The position numbers were made by a program, and so were the translations under genes. Positions 1-10,317 of a stretch of DNA of 64,000 bases are shown in pieces. Below the pieces are notes generated by a model. It was not told the origin of the DNA. It saw only the letters and a program-made list of their open reading frames with translations, and ran no database searches. Every line of letters begins with the position of its first letter. Within the stretch, counting starts at the first letter, position 1. The DNA lies in NCBI GenBank assembly GCA_025453395.1, contig JALOQK010000004.1:51563-115562 (forward strand), given 5' to 3'. The stretch comes from Candidatus Omnitrophota bacterium. GTDB lineage: Bacteria; Omnitrophota; Gorgyraeia; Gygaellales; Profunditerraquicolaceae.

Positions 1-322
1 GGCGCGGCGAAAAAGCAGCTAATACCCCCAGTTTTGTGTCTTTGGTAATAGCAGAATTAAGATCTCCCTTGTATTCTCCGTCCCAACGGAAGGTCTTGCC
101 TTTTTGCTTAAGCAGAGAATCTAAAATAAGGCCTTTTTGTTTTAAGAAACCGATGTGCTTTTGGGGAAAATCCTCTCCCACAACCGCGACAAGGTTGACT
201 TTGGTAAAAAGGCGCGCGGACATGGAAAAGTGCGTTGCCGAGCCGCCTAACATCTCTAATCTTTTGCCAAAAGGAGTTTCCACTGTATCTAAAGCTACTG
301 TGCCTAAAACCACTATGCTCAT
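1..322 (-). CDS. PfkB-family carbohydrate/ribokinase-like kinase, N-terminal part (gene runs off window start)
   Basis: Reverse-strand translation from ATG at 322 gives MSIVVLGTVALDTVETPFGKRLEMLGGSATHFSMSARLF..., a PfkB sugar-kinase N-terminus. It was not in the ORF track, which lacks minus-strand ORFs running off the window edge. Confidence 0.5.
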   Translation of the reverse strand, partial: MSIVVLGTVALDTVETPFGKRLEMLGGSATHFSMSARLFTKVNLVAVVGEDFPQKHIGFLKQKGLILDSLLKQKGKTFRWDGEYKGDLNSAITKDTKLGVLAAFSPR

Positions 323-326
323 GTTT

Positions 327-1070
327 TTACCTCACAAATAGTAACGCAAACATCCCCATTATTATACAATAATACCCGAAATAATAAAACCGGCAAACAC
401 GTAAAAGCTTCTTCACAATGTAAAGAGCGCTTAAGCCAAAGATAAAACTGAAAATAAAACCAATGAATAACGGCAGCGCCTGATCTTGAAATCTGGCATT
501 TATATCTTTAAATTCCAGAAGCCCTGCCCCGAAAATAGCCGGCAGGGATGCCAGAAATGAAACTTTAAAGGCGTCAACCGGAGAAAAACCCCGGAATAAA
601 AGCGTGGAAATTGTTATGCCGGAACGCGAGATCCCCGGGATAACCGCGATACCCTGGGTTAAACCCAAAATAATCCCATCTTTAAAATTAATCCCCTTGC
701 TAAAAGAATGTTTTATTGCCTTAGTAGATAATAAGATTAATCCTGTAACTAATAAAGATAAGCTGGAAGCCCAGACGCAGGAGAAAAGTTTCTCTATAAA
801 ATCTTTCAGCCCTATCCCAATAACTCCAGTAACTAAAGTAACGATAAATATAAAAATGATTAATTTCTTATCCTTGAATACCCCTAAAATATCTTTAAAT
901 AAAAACACAAGAAGCGAAAGCAAAGTTCCCATATGCAAAACAACCGACAGCAGAAGCCCGGAATCTTTTAACCCCAGGATTTTTCCGAAAATAACAAGGT
1001 GCGCGGAACTACTCACCGGCAAGAATTCGGTCAACCCCTGAATAATGCCTAAAATAATGTAGTTTAACAT
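327..1070 (-). CDS. uppP: undecaprenyl-diphosphate phosphatase
   Basis: 247 aa multi-TM protein with the BacA/UppP hallmarks (GLTEFLPVSSSAHL, PGISRSG). Confidence 0.9.
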   Translation of the reverse strand: MLNYIILGIIQGLTEFLPVSSSAHLVIFGKILGLKDSGLLLSVVLHMGTLLSLLVFLFKDILGVFKDKKLIIFIFIVTLVTGVIGIGLKDFIEKLFSCVWASSLSLLVTGLILLSTKAIKHSFSKGINFKDGIILGLTQGIAVIPGISRSGITISTLLFRGFSPVDAFKVSFLASLPAIFGAGLLEFKDINARFQDQALPLFIGFIFSFIFGLSALYIVKKLLRVCRFYYFGYYCIIMGMFALLFVR

Positions 1071-1684
1071 AACTTATCCAGCATCTTTTGCATTGGATCC
1101 GGCAAATCGCAAGTTAAAGATATTTTTTCATTATTAAACGGATGAATAAACTCTATGCTATAAGCGTGCAGGCATAAACGTTTGGCTTTTATTTTGAAAT
1201 CACGGCGAAAATAAAATTTAGTATCCCCTAATATCGGGCATCCGATTGCCTTAAAATGAATACGGATTTGGTTAGTCCTGCCGGTAGCTGGATAAACTTG
1301 CACCAGGTTAAAAATTCCGCTTTTCTCCAGGACTTTATATTCAGTAATGCTTCTTAAGCCTTCTATCGGCCTATCTATAACGCCTTGGGCAGTCTTGAAA
1401 TCTCCCTGGGCAAAGGCAATATAAGTTTTCTTTAACTTACGCGCGCGGAATAATTCTTCCATTTTCTCTCTAGCCAGTTTCCCGTGGGCGTAAATAATAA
1501 GCCCTGATGTATCACGGTCAAGGCGATGACATGGATAAAGATGGGAATTAGGATCGGGGAATTCCTGATTCAGGATGCCACTTAGGGTACGGGATTCTTT
1601 CTTGGCAGTAGGTACGGTCAAAAGCCCGCTTGGCTTATCTACCACAAGAAACCATTTATCATGGTAAATAACCGGAATATTCAT
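1064..1684 (-). CDS. RluA-family pseudouridine synthase
   Basis: HRLDRDTSG catalytic motif. The 206 aa length fits RluA/TruC. Confidence 0.85.
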   Translation of the reverse strand: MNIPVIYHDKWFLVVDKPSGLLTVPTAKKESRTLSGILNQEFPDPNSHLYPCHRLDRDTSGLIIYAHGKLAREKMEELFRARKLKKTYIAFAQGDFKTAQGVIDRPIEGLRSITEYKVLEKSGIFNLVQVYPATGRTNQIRIHFKAIGCPILGDTKFYFRRDFKIKAKRLCLHAYSIEFIHPFNNEKISLTCDLPDPMQKMLDKLC

Positions 1685-2610
1685 CAGACGATTTGAAGCA
1701 TTAAATTAATCGCCTTTAATGAACGCGCGCGGATGTCTTCAGGAACACGCACTTCTTCTCTCATTTCTTTAAGCGCCCAAATAACTTTTTCCTGGGTAGT
1801 GCGTTTCATATTCGGGCAAACTGCTGCTTCGGTTGCCGGATAAAATTCTTTATCGGGGTTATCTTTTTTAAGCCGGTAAACCATCCCCACTTCCGTGGCC
1901 ACGATGATTTCTTTGGCCTCTGTTTCCTTGGCAAAAGAGCACATTTTGCTGGTAGATAAAACCGCATCTGACAAAGCCAATACTTCCGGCAGGCATTCAG
2001 GATGAGCGATCACCTTGGCAAAGGGATGAAATTTCTTTTCCCTTTTAATATCCTCCGGACGGATTCGCACATGGGTGGGGCAAAAACCATTCCAGGAAAT
2101 AAGCTTCTTCCCGGAAACCTTAGATGTGTGCTCTGCCAAATATTTATCCGGGACAAAGATTATTTTCTTATCCTTAAAGTGATTTACCACTGCCGCGGCG
2201 TTGGTAGAAGTACAACAAATATCCAATTCTGCTTTTACTTGAGCCGGGGTATTCACATATCCTACAACAACCGCCTCCGGGTATTTAGCGCGCAAGCCTC
2301 TTATGTCTTGGGCGGTAATCATATTGGCCATAGGGCAGGCAGCCTGTGTATCCGGCATAAGGATAGTTTTCTTCGGGCATAGTATTGAGGCAGTTTCTGC
2401 CATAAAATACACGCCGCAAAAAACAATCACATCGGCCTGGGTTTTACTGGCCTTGCGCGCCAGCTCCAGCGAATCTCCATGAAAATCTGCTATATCCTGC
2501 ACCTCAGGCAACTGATAATTGTGTGCCAGGATAACCGCGTTTCTTTTCTTCTTTAATTGTTTTATTTCCTGAGCGAAACTATCAAATTTATTCTTCATTT
2601 TCGTGGACAC
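1684..2610 (-). CDS. nadA: quinolinate synthase
   Basis: AHNYQ motif and conserved Cys ligands. 308 aa. Confidence 0.9.
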   Translation of the reverse strand: MSTKMKNKFDSFAQEIKQLKKKRNAVILAHNYQLPEVQDIADFHGDSLELARKASKTQADVIVFCGVYFMAETASILCPKKTILMPDTQAACPMANMITAQDIRGLRAKYPEAVVVGYVNTPAQVKAELDICCTSTNAAAVVNHFKDKKIIFVPDKYLAEHTSKVSGKKLISWNGFCPTHVRIRPEDIKREKKFHPFAKVIAHPECLPEVLALSDAVLSTSKMCSFAKETEAKEIIVATEVGMVYRLKKDNPDKEFYPATEAAVCPNMKRTTQEKVIWALKEMREEVRVPEDIRARSLKAINLMLQIV

Positions 2611-2674
2611 TTCATACCTTTCTATATTTTCCGGCGATTATAACGCAAATCACGCTTCAAAGCAAATCTTCTTT

Positions 2675-3367
2675 TTATTTCTCGCGGCTATCTTTATAGG
2701 ATAGCATAAGCATAGTGTACCCGAATACCCCGGAACCTACAATTTTAACCGGGATACGAAGCTTATCAGTAGTAATCCAAATCTTAATCTTGCGGGGAAC
2801 ACTTTCAAAGCGGTATGCCTGGAAAGTCCCAGCAGGGACTCTTATCTTTTCAATCCCGGTAAGCTTCAAGGTAAAATCCATCAAAGGCAAGCAGGCGGTG
2901 AACTGCCAAGCAGGGCTTAATTCTTTTATGCTCCTTAAATAAAACGGCAGCGCTATAGGGTTATGCACAGGAGCGGTTCTTTTTAAAACAGAAGTAGTAA
3001 CCTGATCCTTGGTTTTCTTGGAAATAGTTACCGTAAAATCTTTTTGATTGTAGTCTTCGGTTATCTGTTCATCGCTAAAACCGCTGATCTTTCTTGTCAC
3101 CCGTACCGGAAGAGAGCTTTCTTGGTCCAGATAAATGCGCTCTGTGTCATGGAAATTCACTAAATCCGTCTGGAACAAAAGGACATTTGCCTTTATGCCG
3201 TTTACTTCTTCTGCTCTAAGATGCTTTAATACACAACGGCCTAAAGACATTATCCCCATTTCCACTTTATAGGTTATTTCCTCTCCCGAATAGGCGTCAT
3301 TAATAAAAGCAAACAAACCACAGCACAACATCATCAGAATAATTAAATAAAATATTTTCTTACGCAT
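2675..3367 (-). CDS. secreted hypothetical protein (DUF3108-like)
   Basis: N-terminal signal peptide. No catalytic motifs recognised. Confidence 0.45.
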   Translation of the reverse strand: MRKKIFYLIILMMLCCGLFAFINDAYSGEEITYKVEMGIMSLGRCVLKHLRAEEVNGIKANVLLFQTDLVNFHDTERIYLDQESSLPVRVTRKISGFSDEQITEDYNQKDFTVTISKKTKDQVTTSVLKRTAPVHNPIALPFYLRSIKELSPAWQFTACLPLMDFTLKLTGIEKIRVPAGTFQAYRFESVPRKIKIWITTDKLRIPVKIVGSGVFGYTMLMLSYKDSREK

Positions 3368-3391
3368 AGAAGTTATTATACCATATTTTTA

Positions 3392-5149
3392 CTACCACTT
3401 AAGCTTTATCCCGGCCCAAATCCACCTGCCGGGCTGTTTGACATCGGATATTTGCGTATACTGGGTATCGCTGAAATTATCCACTTTCAAGAAGGGAACG
3501 ACTTCTTTTTGCTCTAAACGAAAAGTCTTAGATAACGTGAAATTGCCTAAGAAATAGCCTTCAGAATAATACCTTCTATTGTAACTTAACTCAAAAGCCC
3601 AATCGCAGGAAAAAATATTCTGGGTGAATTTTAATATCGCCTGATGCCGTAAAACATCCAAGGCATACTTGGACAGGTAGCCGTTTTGTTTCTTGTCCGG
3701 CAATATATAATTATAAGATAACTCAAAAGGCCCCTTTAAAAATAAAAAATTCGCCCCCCGGAAATCCACTCTTCCTAAATTATCCGCCTGCCAGGGTAGC
3801 GAAGAGTTTTGTCTAACCCAATCTATGAGGCTGTGCACCTTTCTTAAGAAAATACCGAAGCGGGAAGAAAAATTCTGCCCCGAATAATCAAGGTTAAAAG
3901 AAAAGTTATCTGCCTTTTCCTCTTTTAAAGAAGAATTCCCCTTGTTAGCAGAATCATTATAATAAAGTTCAGTGAAACTGGGCATGCGCACAGAACGGTC
4001 AAAAACATAATTAATTTTAAGCCTCTCCTCAATCAAAGGGTACCAGATACTAAGATTATAAGAATTCTTAAAAGCGCTTGTTTGATAATAATCCGCTCTT
4101 GCCGCCAGACTTAAAAAAAATGTCCCAAGGCTTAAATTGGCTTTTTGAGAAAAAGCCTGGCTGTTGCGGTTGTGTATGCCTAAATTGGTGGAGTCGATCT
4201 GTTCACGGGAAAAATAAACCGCTGAAGTTGAATCTATAAACCCAAGCTTATAGCGGCATGAAGAATCCAGGCCATATAAATAAGTTGTATGCCAATTGGT
4301 GTTGCCGCTTTCATGGCGCGAAAGAATAAACTTATCATCGTGCCTGCGCCAATAGAAATTGAAAGCCCATTCTCCCGGTTGAGCCTTTTTATTTAAAGAA
4401 CTCTTTAAAAGCAAAGTCCGGGTATGTTCTTCCTCTTCCGGAAAAAGATTAGAATAAAATGTGCTTGCCCCAAAATTTTTCTCCTGAAACCCAAGAAATT
4501 GGTTAAAAGAAAAATCCCCTTCTTCTTTTGACAAATAAAAAGATGCGATATGGGATTCAAAATCCGTATTGGCAGGATCTGACTTGGAGATCTTCTGCTC
4601 AAAAGAACTTCTAACCCCAAGGCCGTCTTTATTCAAGAACGATGCGGATAAAGCGTTAATAAATAGGGCGTGTTCTCCAAAGGCATTTTCCGTCTCAAAA
4701 TTATTGCCAGTTGGTTTTTTAAGCCTAAAATCAACTGCACCCGCTAATGAGCCGGCCCCGTATAAAGAAGCGCCTCCCTGTTTATAAATTCCGGTTTTCT
4801 CCAGATCAAATATAGTAAGCGGAATATCCAAATTATAATGCGCGGTCTGCGGGTCATTGATCTTTACTCCATCTAACAAAACCGCTGTCTGTTGATAACT
4901 GGCCCCATCTAAACAAAGATCCTGTTGAATGCCAAATCCTGAACGGGTGCGTAAATCCACTGCCTCTTGGCTTCTTAATGAAGATTCCAAAGAAACAGGA
5001 AAATATAAACCGCTATTTCCTGGATTAACCTTATCTTCAAAGCTTACAGAGGGATAAGTTTTCTTAACTACTGTTATTTTATCCCAGGCCAAGGCTTCAA
5101 TGCTAGATAAAAATAAGCAGGATAATACAAAAAACACAAACTTGCGCAT
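3392..5149 (-). CDS. TonB-dependent outer-membrane receptor (BtuB-size)
   Basis: Signal peptide from MRKFVFFVLSCLFLS, TonB-box-like DKITVV, plug-domain motifs (GASLYGAGSLAGAV) and a C-terminal aromatic residue (..KLKW). The ORF-track start at 5200 is probably upstream read-through. Confidence 0.7.
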   Translation of the reverse strand: MRKFVFFVLSCLFLSSIEALAWDKITVVKKTYPSVSFEDKVNPGNSGLYFPVSLESSLRSQEAVDLRTRSGFGIQQDLCLDGASYQQTAVLLDGVKINDPQTAHYNLDIPLTIFDLEKTGIYKQGGASLYGAGSLAGAVDFRLKKPTGNNFETENAFGEHALFINALSASFLNKDGLGVRSSFEQKISKSDPANTDFESHIASFYLSKEEGDFSFNQFLGFQEKNFGASTFYSNLFPEEEEHTRTLLLKSSLNKKAQPGEWAFNFYWRRHDDKFILSRHESGNTNWHTTYLYGLDSSCRYKLGFIDSTSAVYFSREQIDSTNLGIHNRNSQAFSQKANLSLGTFFLSLAARADYYQTSAFKNSYNLSIWYPLIEERLKINYVFDRSVRMPSFTELYYNDSANKGNSSLKEEKADNFSFNLDYSGQNFSSRFGIFLRKVHSLIDWVRQNSSLPWQADNLGRVDFRGANFLFLKGPFELSYNYILPDKKQNGYLSKYALDVLRHQAILKFTQNIFSCDWAFELSYNRRYYSEGYFLGNFTLSKTFRLEQKEVVPFLKVDNFSDTQYTQISDVKQPGRWIWAGIKLKW

Positions 5150-5224
5150 AAAAAAATCCTCCGCAAAAGCATTATAAAACCTCTCGCGCAGGATTGTCAA
5201 CCAAATTATAGATTAGAGTTTACA

Positions 5225-6184
5225 TTATCGGCAATGGATAATATCCCCGGCCATGATCTTTTCTGTTATGCCGGAGTCTCTTCTGACCAATAGCCCCCCA
5301 TCATCGTCAATGTCCAAGGCCTGGCCCTGGATCTGTTTTCCTTTTAAACAGACCTTGACCCTCTTGCCTAAGGTAATATTAATATCGCGCCATTTGTCAA
5401 TAATACTCTTAAAATCGCCTTTTTGGAACAAAAGATAATTGCACTCGATCTTGCGCAGACATTCCTGTAAAAGAAGCACGCGCTCAACAGCAGTATTTGT
5501 GCAGCTTTTAAGGCAAATAGCATCCGCAACATTAGCCGGAGTATCATTAACATTAATGCCAAAACCTACAACCAAAAAATGCACCAGGTCTGCCTCCGCG
5601 CTTAACTCTGTTAATATCCCGGCCAACTTCTTATTTTTTATAAAGATATCGTTGGGCCATTTGATTTGAGCGCTAATCCCGGTTAATTCTTCTACAGCCT
5701 GACAAATACTTACTCCAATAAGAAGGGTCAAGATTGAAGTCTTGGAAGGCAAGATCTTCGGCCTTAAAATAACAGAGGCGCATATACCTTTATATTTTGG
5801 GGAAGCCCAAGATCTTCCTAAGCGGCCGCGGCCCTTGTTTTGCGCTTCCGCCAAAACAACCCCGCCCTCCGGATGGTTATCCATACCAAGCTTAATGGCC
5901 ACATCCATAGTAGAAGAAAGCGAATCATAATAATATATTTTCCTGCCGATGGTCTTGGTATTCAGGCCGTGCTTGACTTCTTGAGGGAAAAGCCGGTCCG
6001 GACAAGATATAAGCGTATAACCCAAATGCGGCACAGCTTGTATATCATATCCGGCGTCTTTAAGCTGTTGTATATGTTTCCAGAGGGCCTGGCGGCTTAT
6101 TCCCAAACGCACGCTTATTTCCTCTCCGGAAACATGTTCGCTTTTGCCTCTTAATAAATCAATTATTCTTTCTTCTGGCGTCAT
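5225..6184 (-). CDS. birA: bifunctional biotin--[acetyl-CoA-carboxylase] ligase / biotin operon repressor
   Basis: N-terminal HTH, GRGRLGRSW biotin-binding motif and C-terminal SH3-like domain. Confidence 0.9.
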   Translation of the reverse strand: MTPEERIIDLLRGKSEHVSGEEISVRLGISRQALWKHIQQLKDAGYDIQAVPHLGYTLISCPDRLFPQEVKHGLNTKTIGRKIYYYDSLSSTMDVAIKLGMDNHPEGGVVLAEAQNKGRGRLGRSWASPKYKGICASVILRPKILPSKTSILTLLIGVSICQAVEELTGISAQIKWPNDIFIKNKKLAGILTELSAEADLVHFLVVGFGINVNDTPANVADAICLKSCTNTAVERVLLLQECLRKIECNYLLFQKGDFKSIIDKWRDINITLGKRVKVCLKGKQIQGQALDIDDDGGLLVRRDSGITEKIMAGDIIHCR

Positions 6185-6984
6185 TTCCTCAAAACCTCAT
6201 TCATGCTACCGCTGCGAAAACCTAAAATATCTAAGGTAATATATTGGTAGCCTAAAGACTTAAATCTCCCGGCTATTTGTTTATTGCGCGATAAGATCAA
6301 ATCCGCTTTTCTTAAATCACACTCTATCCGGCAAAGCCTGCCATAATCTCTTACCCGCACGCAAGAAATACCTAAACTTTTTAAATAATTTTCTGCCTTA
6401 TTAATCCTGTCCAGAAGATTGCGGGTTATTTTGATCCCATAGGCAACCCGCGAAGCTAAACAAGCTAAGGTTGGCTTGTCCCAAGTAGCCAACTTTAATT
6501 TCTTGCTTAAAATCCTGACATCGCTTTTGGTTAATCCTGCCTCTTGAAGCGGAGAGCGTATTCTAAATTCCCGCTTGGCTTTATTGCCGGGACGGAAATC
6601 TTTTTTATCAGACAAATTGCTTGCGTCTAAAACAAAATTCATTTTATTTTTCCGCGCAATGCCTTTCAGCTGGGAAAAAAGCTCTTTTTTGCAGAAATAA
6701 CACCTGTTTACGGGATTAGACAAAAAATTCTTATCTTTAAACTCTCTTGTTCTAATTATTTTATGCTTTGCCTTGAATAGCCGGGCGGTTTTCTCAGCAA
6801 AAATAAGCTCTTCTTTCGGATAAGATGCTGAAACAGCTGTAACCGCTAATACATTCGCTCCAAGAGTATCAAGCGCGATTTTTAATAAAAACGTGCTATC
6901 TGTACCGCCTGAGAAAGCTACTAGCGCGCTTTTCATGCGGCAAAGGATCTGTTTAAGCTTAAGTAATTTAAGGGCCAGACTCAT
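6181..6984 (-). CDS. larE: LarE-type PP-loop ATP-dependent sulfur transferase (TIGR00268 family)
   Basis: SGGTDS PP-loop and the ~270 aa architecture of LarE-like proteins. The start is chosen at MSLALK, which removes the overlap with the upstream gene; the alternative start is 7032. Confidence 0.7.
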   Translation of the reverse strand: MSLALKLLKLKQILCRMKSALVAFSGGTDSTFLLKIALDTLGANVLAVTAVSASYPKEELIFAEKTARLFKAKHKIIRTREFKDKNFLSNPVNRCYFCKKELFSQLKGIARKNKMNFVLDASNLSDKKDFRPGNKAKREFRIRSPLQEAGLTKSDVRILSKKLKLATWDKPTLACLASRVAYGIKITRNLLDRINKAENYLKSLGISCVRVRDYGRLCRIECDLRKADLILSRNKQIAGRFKSLGYQYITLDILGFRSGSMNEVLRK

Positions 6985-6986
6985 AT

Positions 6987-7394
6987 CTAAAAACTTACTT
7001 CCATGGCCCGCGGCGGGCAGATCTTCACGCAAAGCTCACAAGCAATGCATTTTTTATTATCAAAGTTTACCCTGTTGTCTTTGGGGTCTTTAACCAAGGC
7101 CCCCACCGGGCAAACTGACACACACACCCCGCAATGAGTGCACTTATTCTCATCGCGCACTACATCTTGGCTTAAAGGCTGGGTCTTAACCCCGCAGGCC
7201 TTCAAATATGAGATAGCTTTATCAAAATCTTCTTTGCTTCCAACAAGCTCTAAAACCATAAGCCCCTCTTGATTGGGCATAACCGATGCCTTTAGAATAT
7301 TAAACTGCAGGTTGAATTCTTTAACAAGCTTATAAACAATCGGCTGTTCCACAAGGGTCTTAGGAAAATGCAAAACTATTTTTCGTGAAACCAT
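6987..7394 (-). CDS. NIL-domain / 2x[4Fe-4S] ferredoxin (MA1822-like partner of COG1900)
   Basis: N-terminal NIL-like domain, then CTHCGVCVSVCP and CIACELCVKICP cluster motifs. It lies immediately downstream of the COG1900 gene, as in the methanogen homocysteine pathway. Confidence 0.7.
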   Translation of the reverse strand: MVSRKIVLHFPKTLVEQPIVYKLVKEFNLQFNILKASVMPNQEGLMVLELVGSKEDFDKAISYLKACGVKTQPLSQDVVRDENKCTHCGVCVSVCPVGALVKDPKDNRVNFDNKKCIACELCVKICPPRAMEVSF

Positions 7395-7407
7395 TGATAT
7401 TCTCCTT

Positions 7408-8610
7408 TTATTTAAACGGCTTTTCCTTTAAAGCGCGGCAGGTATACCCGGAATCTTTATCCGGAAGAGGAGCCACGCTTTCACTTAAAGCAAAATCTCC
7501 TTTTTTGATCCAGCTCTTTAATTCCTCGGCTATTTGCAAAGCGCGAAGCCGGCTGGAAAGATTTCCTGTAAGTACATCCTTACCCCTGATATTGATCTTG
7601 CCCGACTCAAGGTCAGCGTAACTTATCTGGCCTAAACTTTCCGCGATCATATTGGGATAATTCTTGCTATAATCCACAATGGAAGCGAAGATTTCATCAT
7701 CGGGCACTCCGGCAGAAGCCATCACCTGTTCATCCAATACCGGTATGGGAACGCCTATCCCCACAGCTAAACTGACTCCATACCCAAGCATGCTAACCCC
7801 CACAAGCCACTTAGGCCTCATCTTTTTTAAATCTCCGATCACCGCCAAGGTCCCAGCCGGCACACAAGTTATTCCGTTGGGCAGACGCTTGGCAATTGGA
7901 TTATGCTGTGTCCCCTGCCAGCTTACATAACCAACCCCTCCGCCTAAGAATATTTTTGTGCCGATACCAATAGTGCGGTAATTGGGGTCTTTAAGAAGCG
8001 GCGACAATTCTCCGGCAGAGCAATAATTAGCGTTCCCGATCTTTGGTTTTAACATCCCCATATAGGTATAAATCGTCTTATCTGAAAGATTAACCGCAAC
8101 ATTATAATTTTGGTAACAATTACGGATATTAAAAAGAACTGCCTCATTAATATCTTTTAAATTAATAAAAGTCTTGATTTCCTTGCGCGGATAACAATCT
8201 GTGCCATAGGCATAGGCTTCCAGCTTCACATCTTTTCCTGCAACAAGCTCATGAATGACATGCGCTCCGCCGTATTTAAATTCCCCGGGGAATACTTTAT
8301 TGCGCGGGTCATCCTCGGGCAAGGCAGTTGCCCCTAATAGAATATCTACCGCGGCAAAACCCGTATAACAAGGCACTTCATTTAAATCGCAACTTCCCCC
8401 TCCTATTTTGATCCGCGGCTTGCAGTGGCCGATATTAAAGTAGGCTGCGGAAGAACACATCGGTCCAAAGGTGCCGGTAGTGACCACATCCACTTCTTGA
8501 GAAGCTTTTTTCGCGCCTTTTTTACGCACCAATTGCACCGCTTCTTTGGCGGTAATAACTACCACCTGGCCTTTTTTTATTTTCTCATTTATTTCTTTTA
8601 TCGTCTTCAT
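7408..8610 (-). CDS. COG1900/DUF39 homocysteine biosynthesis protein (sulfide-dependent, MA1821-like)
   Basis: 400 aa. It has the family's conserved Gly-rich and Cys-containing blocks (TTGTFGPMCSSAAYFN, GGGSCDLNEVPCYTG) and is paired with the NIL-ferredoxin. Confidence 0.75.
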   Translation of the reverse strand: MKTIKEINEKIKKGQVVVITAKEAVQLVRKKGAKKASQEVDVVTTGTFGPMCSSAAYFNIGHCKPRIKIGGGSCDLNEVPCYTGFAAVDILLGATALPEDDPRNKVFPGEFKYGGAHVIHELVAGKDVKLEAYAYGTDCYPRKEIKTFINLKDINEAVLFNIRNCYQNYNVAVNLSDKTIYTYMGMLKPKIGNANYCSAGELSPLLKDPNYRTIGIGTKIFLGGGVGYVSWQGTQHNPIAKRLPNGITCVPAGTLAVIGDLKKMRPKWLVGVSMLGYGVSLAVGIGVPIPVLDEQVMASAGVPDDEIFASIVDYSKNYPNMIAESLGQISYADLESGKINIRGKDVLTGNLSSRLRALQIAEELKSWIKKGDFALSESVAPLPDKDSGYTCRALKEKPFK

Positions 8611-8636
8611 TTTTAAATACTTCCTTTTTTAGAAAG

Positions 8637-8864
8637 TTAAACCGATTGAACCTCTTTTATCCCGGGGACTTGCTCTTTAAGCATTTTTTCAATTCCCATT
8701 TTTAGAGTAATCTGGCTCATCGGGCAACAACCGCAAGCTCCGGTAAGCCTTAGTTTAACTATGCCATCTGCGGTTACATCTACCAATGACACATCCCCGC
8801 CATCCGCTTGAAGCATGGGACGCACATTTTTTAAAGCCTGTTCAATTTTTTCCTTCATTTGCAA
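8637..8864 (-). CDS. NifU-like (Nfu-type) Fe-S cluster carrier domain protein
   Basis: 75 aa with LTGACGCCPMS, the NifU C-terminal domain signature. Confidence 0.75.
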   Translation of the reverse strand: MQMKEKIEQALKNVRPMLQADGGDVSLVDVTADGIVKLRLTGACGCCPMSQITLKMGIEKMLKEQVPGIKEVQSV

Positions 8865-8888
8865 CCTCCTTTAAGCGCAGGGTGTTAG

Positions 8889-9812
8889 TTATACCTGTAA
8901 AAGTTCGGTACTCAAATACCTCTCTGCGGTATCCGGGAAAATAACTACAATAAGTTTTCCTTTATTTTCTTTGCGCCTTGCCAGATTCAGGCCGGCAACA
9001 AGGCTGGCTCCGGAAGAAATCCCGGACAAAATCCCCTCTTTTAACGCCAAATCCCTGGAAGCATGAAAAGCTTCTTCATTGGTAACCTTGATAATCTCAT
9101 CCACAAGTTTCAAATCCAAAACCTCTGGGACAAAACCCGCTCCAATACCCTGTATCTTATGCGCGCCCGCGGGCTCTCCGGATAAAACCGCAGAAGAAGC
9201 CGGTTCTACCGCCACAATCTTAATACTTTTCTTTTTCTCCTTTAAAGCCCTGGCGCAACCTGTAATTGTGCCTCCGGTACCTACTCCAGCAACCAATATA
9301 TCTATTTTACCTTCTGTATCGCGCCAGATCTCTTGGGCGGTGGTATCAAAGTGCGCCTTTGGGTTAGACGGATTATTAAACTGCCCCAGCATAATATAAT
9401 TTTTGTGCGCTGCAACTAAATCTTCCGCTTTTTTCACCGCCCCAGACATACCCTTATCGCCAGCAGTTAAAATGATCTGAGCGCCTAAGAAACTTAAAAG
9501 CTTGCGCCTTTCTATGCTCATCGTCTCAGGCATAACTAAAATAAGTTTCAGGGCCTTGACTGCACAAACAAAAGCTAAAGCAATTCCGGTATTCCCGGAA
9601 GTAGGCTCAACAATCACCGTGTCCTTCTTGATCCTGCCAGCCTTGAGAGCGTCCTCGATCATTGCCTTACCGATACGATCTTTTACCGAGGAGCAAGGAT
9701 TAAAAAATTCAAGCTTTGCCGCTACTTGCGCACCTGTACCAGCTGTTACCCTGTTCAGCCTTACAAGCGCAGTATTACCAACAAGCTCTATAATATCCTT
9801 GGCTATTTTCAT
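8889..9812 (-). CDS. cysK: cysteine synthase A (O-acetylserine sulfhydrylase)
   Basis: PLP-dependent fold with SVKDR lysine motif and GTGGT loop. 307 aa. Confidence 0.9.
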   Translation of the reverse strand: MKIAKDIIELVGNTALVRLNRVTAGTGAQVAAKLEFFNPCSSVKDRIGKAMIEDALKAGRIKKDTVIVEPTSGNTGIALAFVCAVKALKLILVMPETMSIERRKLLSFLGAQIILTAGDKGMSGAVKKAEDLVAAHKNYIMLGQFNNPSNPKAHFDTTAQEIWRDTEGKIDILVAGVGTGGTITGCARALKEKKKSIKIVAVEPASSAVLSGEPAGAHKIQGIGAGFVPEVLDLKLVDEIIKVTNEEAFHASRDLALKEGILSGISSGASLVAGLNLARRKENKGKLIVVIFPDTAERYLSTELLQV

Positions 9813-9816
9813 CTTT

Positions 9817-10263
9817 TTAGATTTGATAGGTTAGATTAATATTGCCTTTTTTCTTATAATAATCTTTTGCTAATTGCTCAAAATTAACATTGTCTACTAC
9901 CTGGGCTATCTTGCGGCTTATCGCCTGCCATACCGGGCGAAAAACACATTTCCTGATGTCATTGCACCCACTATAAGAGGAACTTACACAGGCAATCGGC
10001 TCAACCGGCCCGTCAATAAAACGCACCACATCCCCTAAGGTTATTTTGGAGGGGTGCTTTGCAAGGCTGTACCCTCCGATCTTGCCCCTTTGACTTTGCA
10101 CAAATCCCCCGCGCTTTAAATCCAAAAGTATTTGCTCAAGGAATTTTACCGGGATATCCGCCTGGCAAGCAAGTTCCGAGATAGTCACCGGTTTTTTCCC
10201 GTAAGAAGCAACCAGTATAAGAATTGTTTTTAAGGCGTAATCGCCTTTATAGGTTATGCGCAT
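9817..10263 (-). CDS. Rrf2-family transcriptional regulator (Fe-S type, IscR/CymR-like)
   Basis: wHTH N-terminus and three clustered Cys ([15 protein letters not shown]). Confidence 0.85.
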   Translation of the reverse strand: MRITYKGDYALKTILILVASYGKKPVTISELACQADIPVKFLEQILLDLKRGGFVQSQRGKIGGYSLAKHPSKITLGDVVRFIDGPVEPIACVSSSYSGCNDIRKCVFRPVWQAISRKIAQVVDNVNFEQLAKDYYKKKGNINLTYQI

Positions 10264-10317
10264 TTTCTCTATAATCTCTATTAGCTTAGTAGAGTATAGT
10301 CTAAAAAATAATATTTG

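Noticed and set aside
36-341. Plus-strand ORF of 101 aa at the window start
   Set aside because: It has no recognisable protein features. The opposite strand encodes a convincing PfkB kinase N-terminus (MSIVVLGTVALDTVETPFG...), so this ORF is an antisense artefact.
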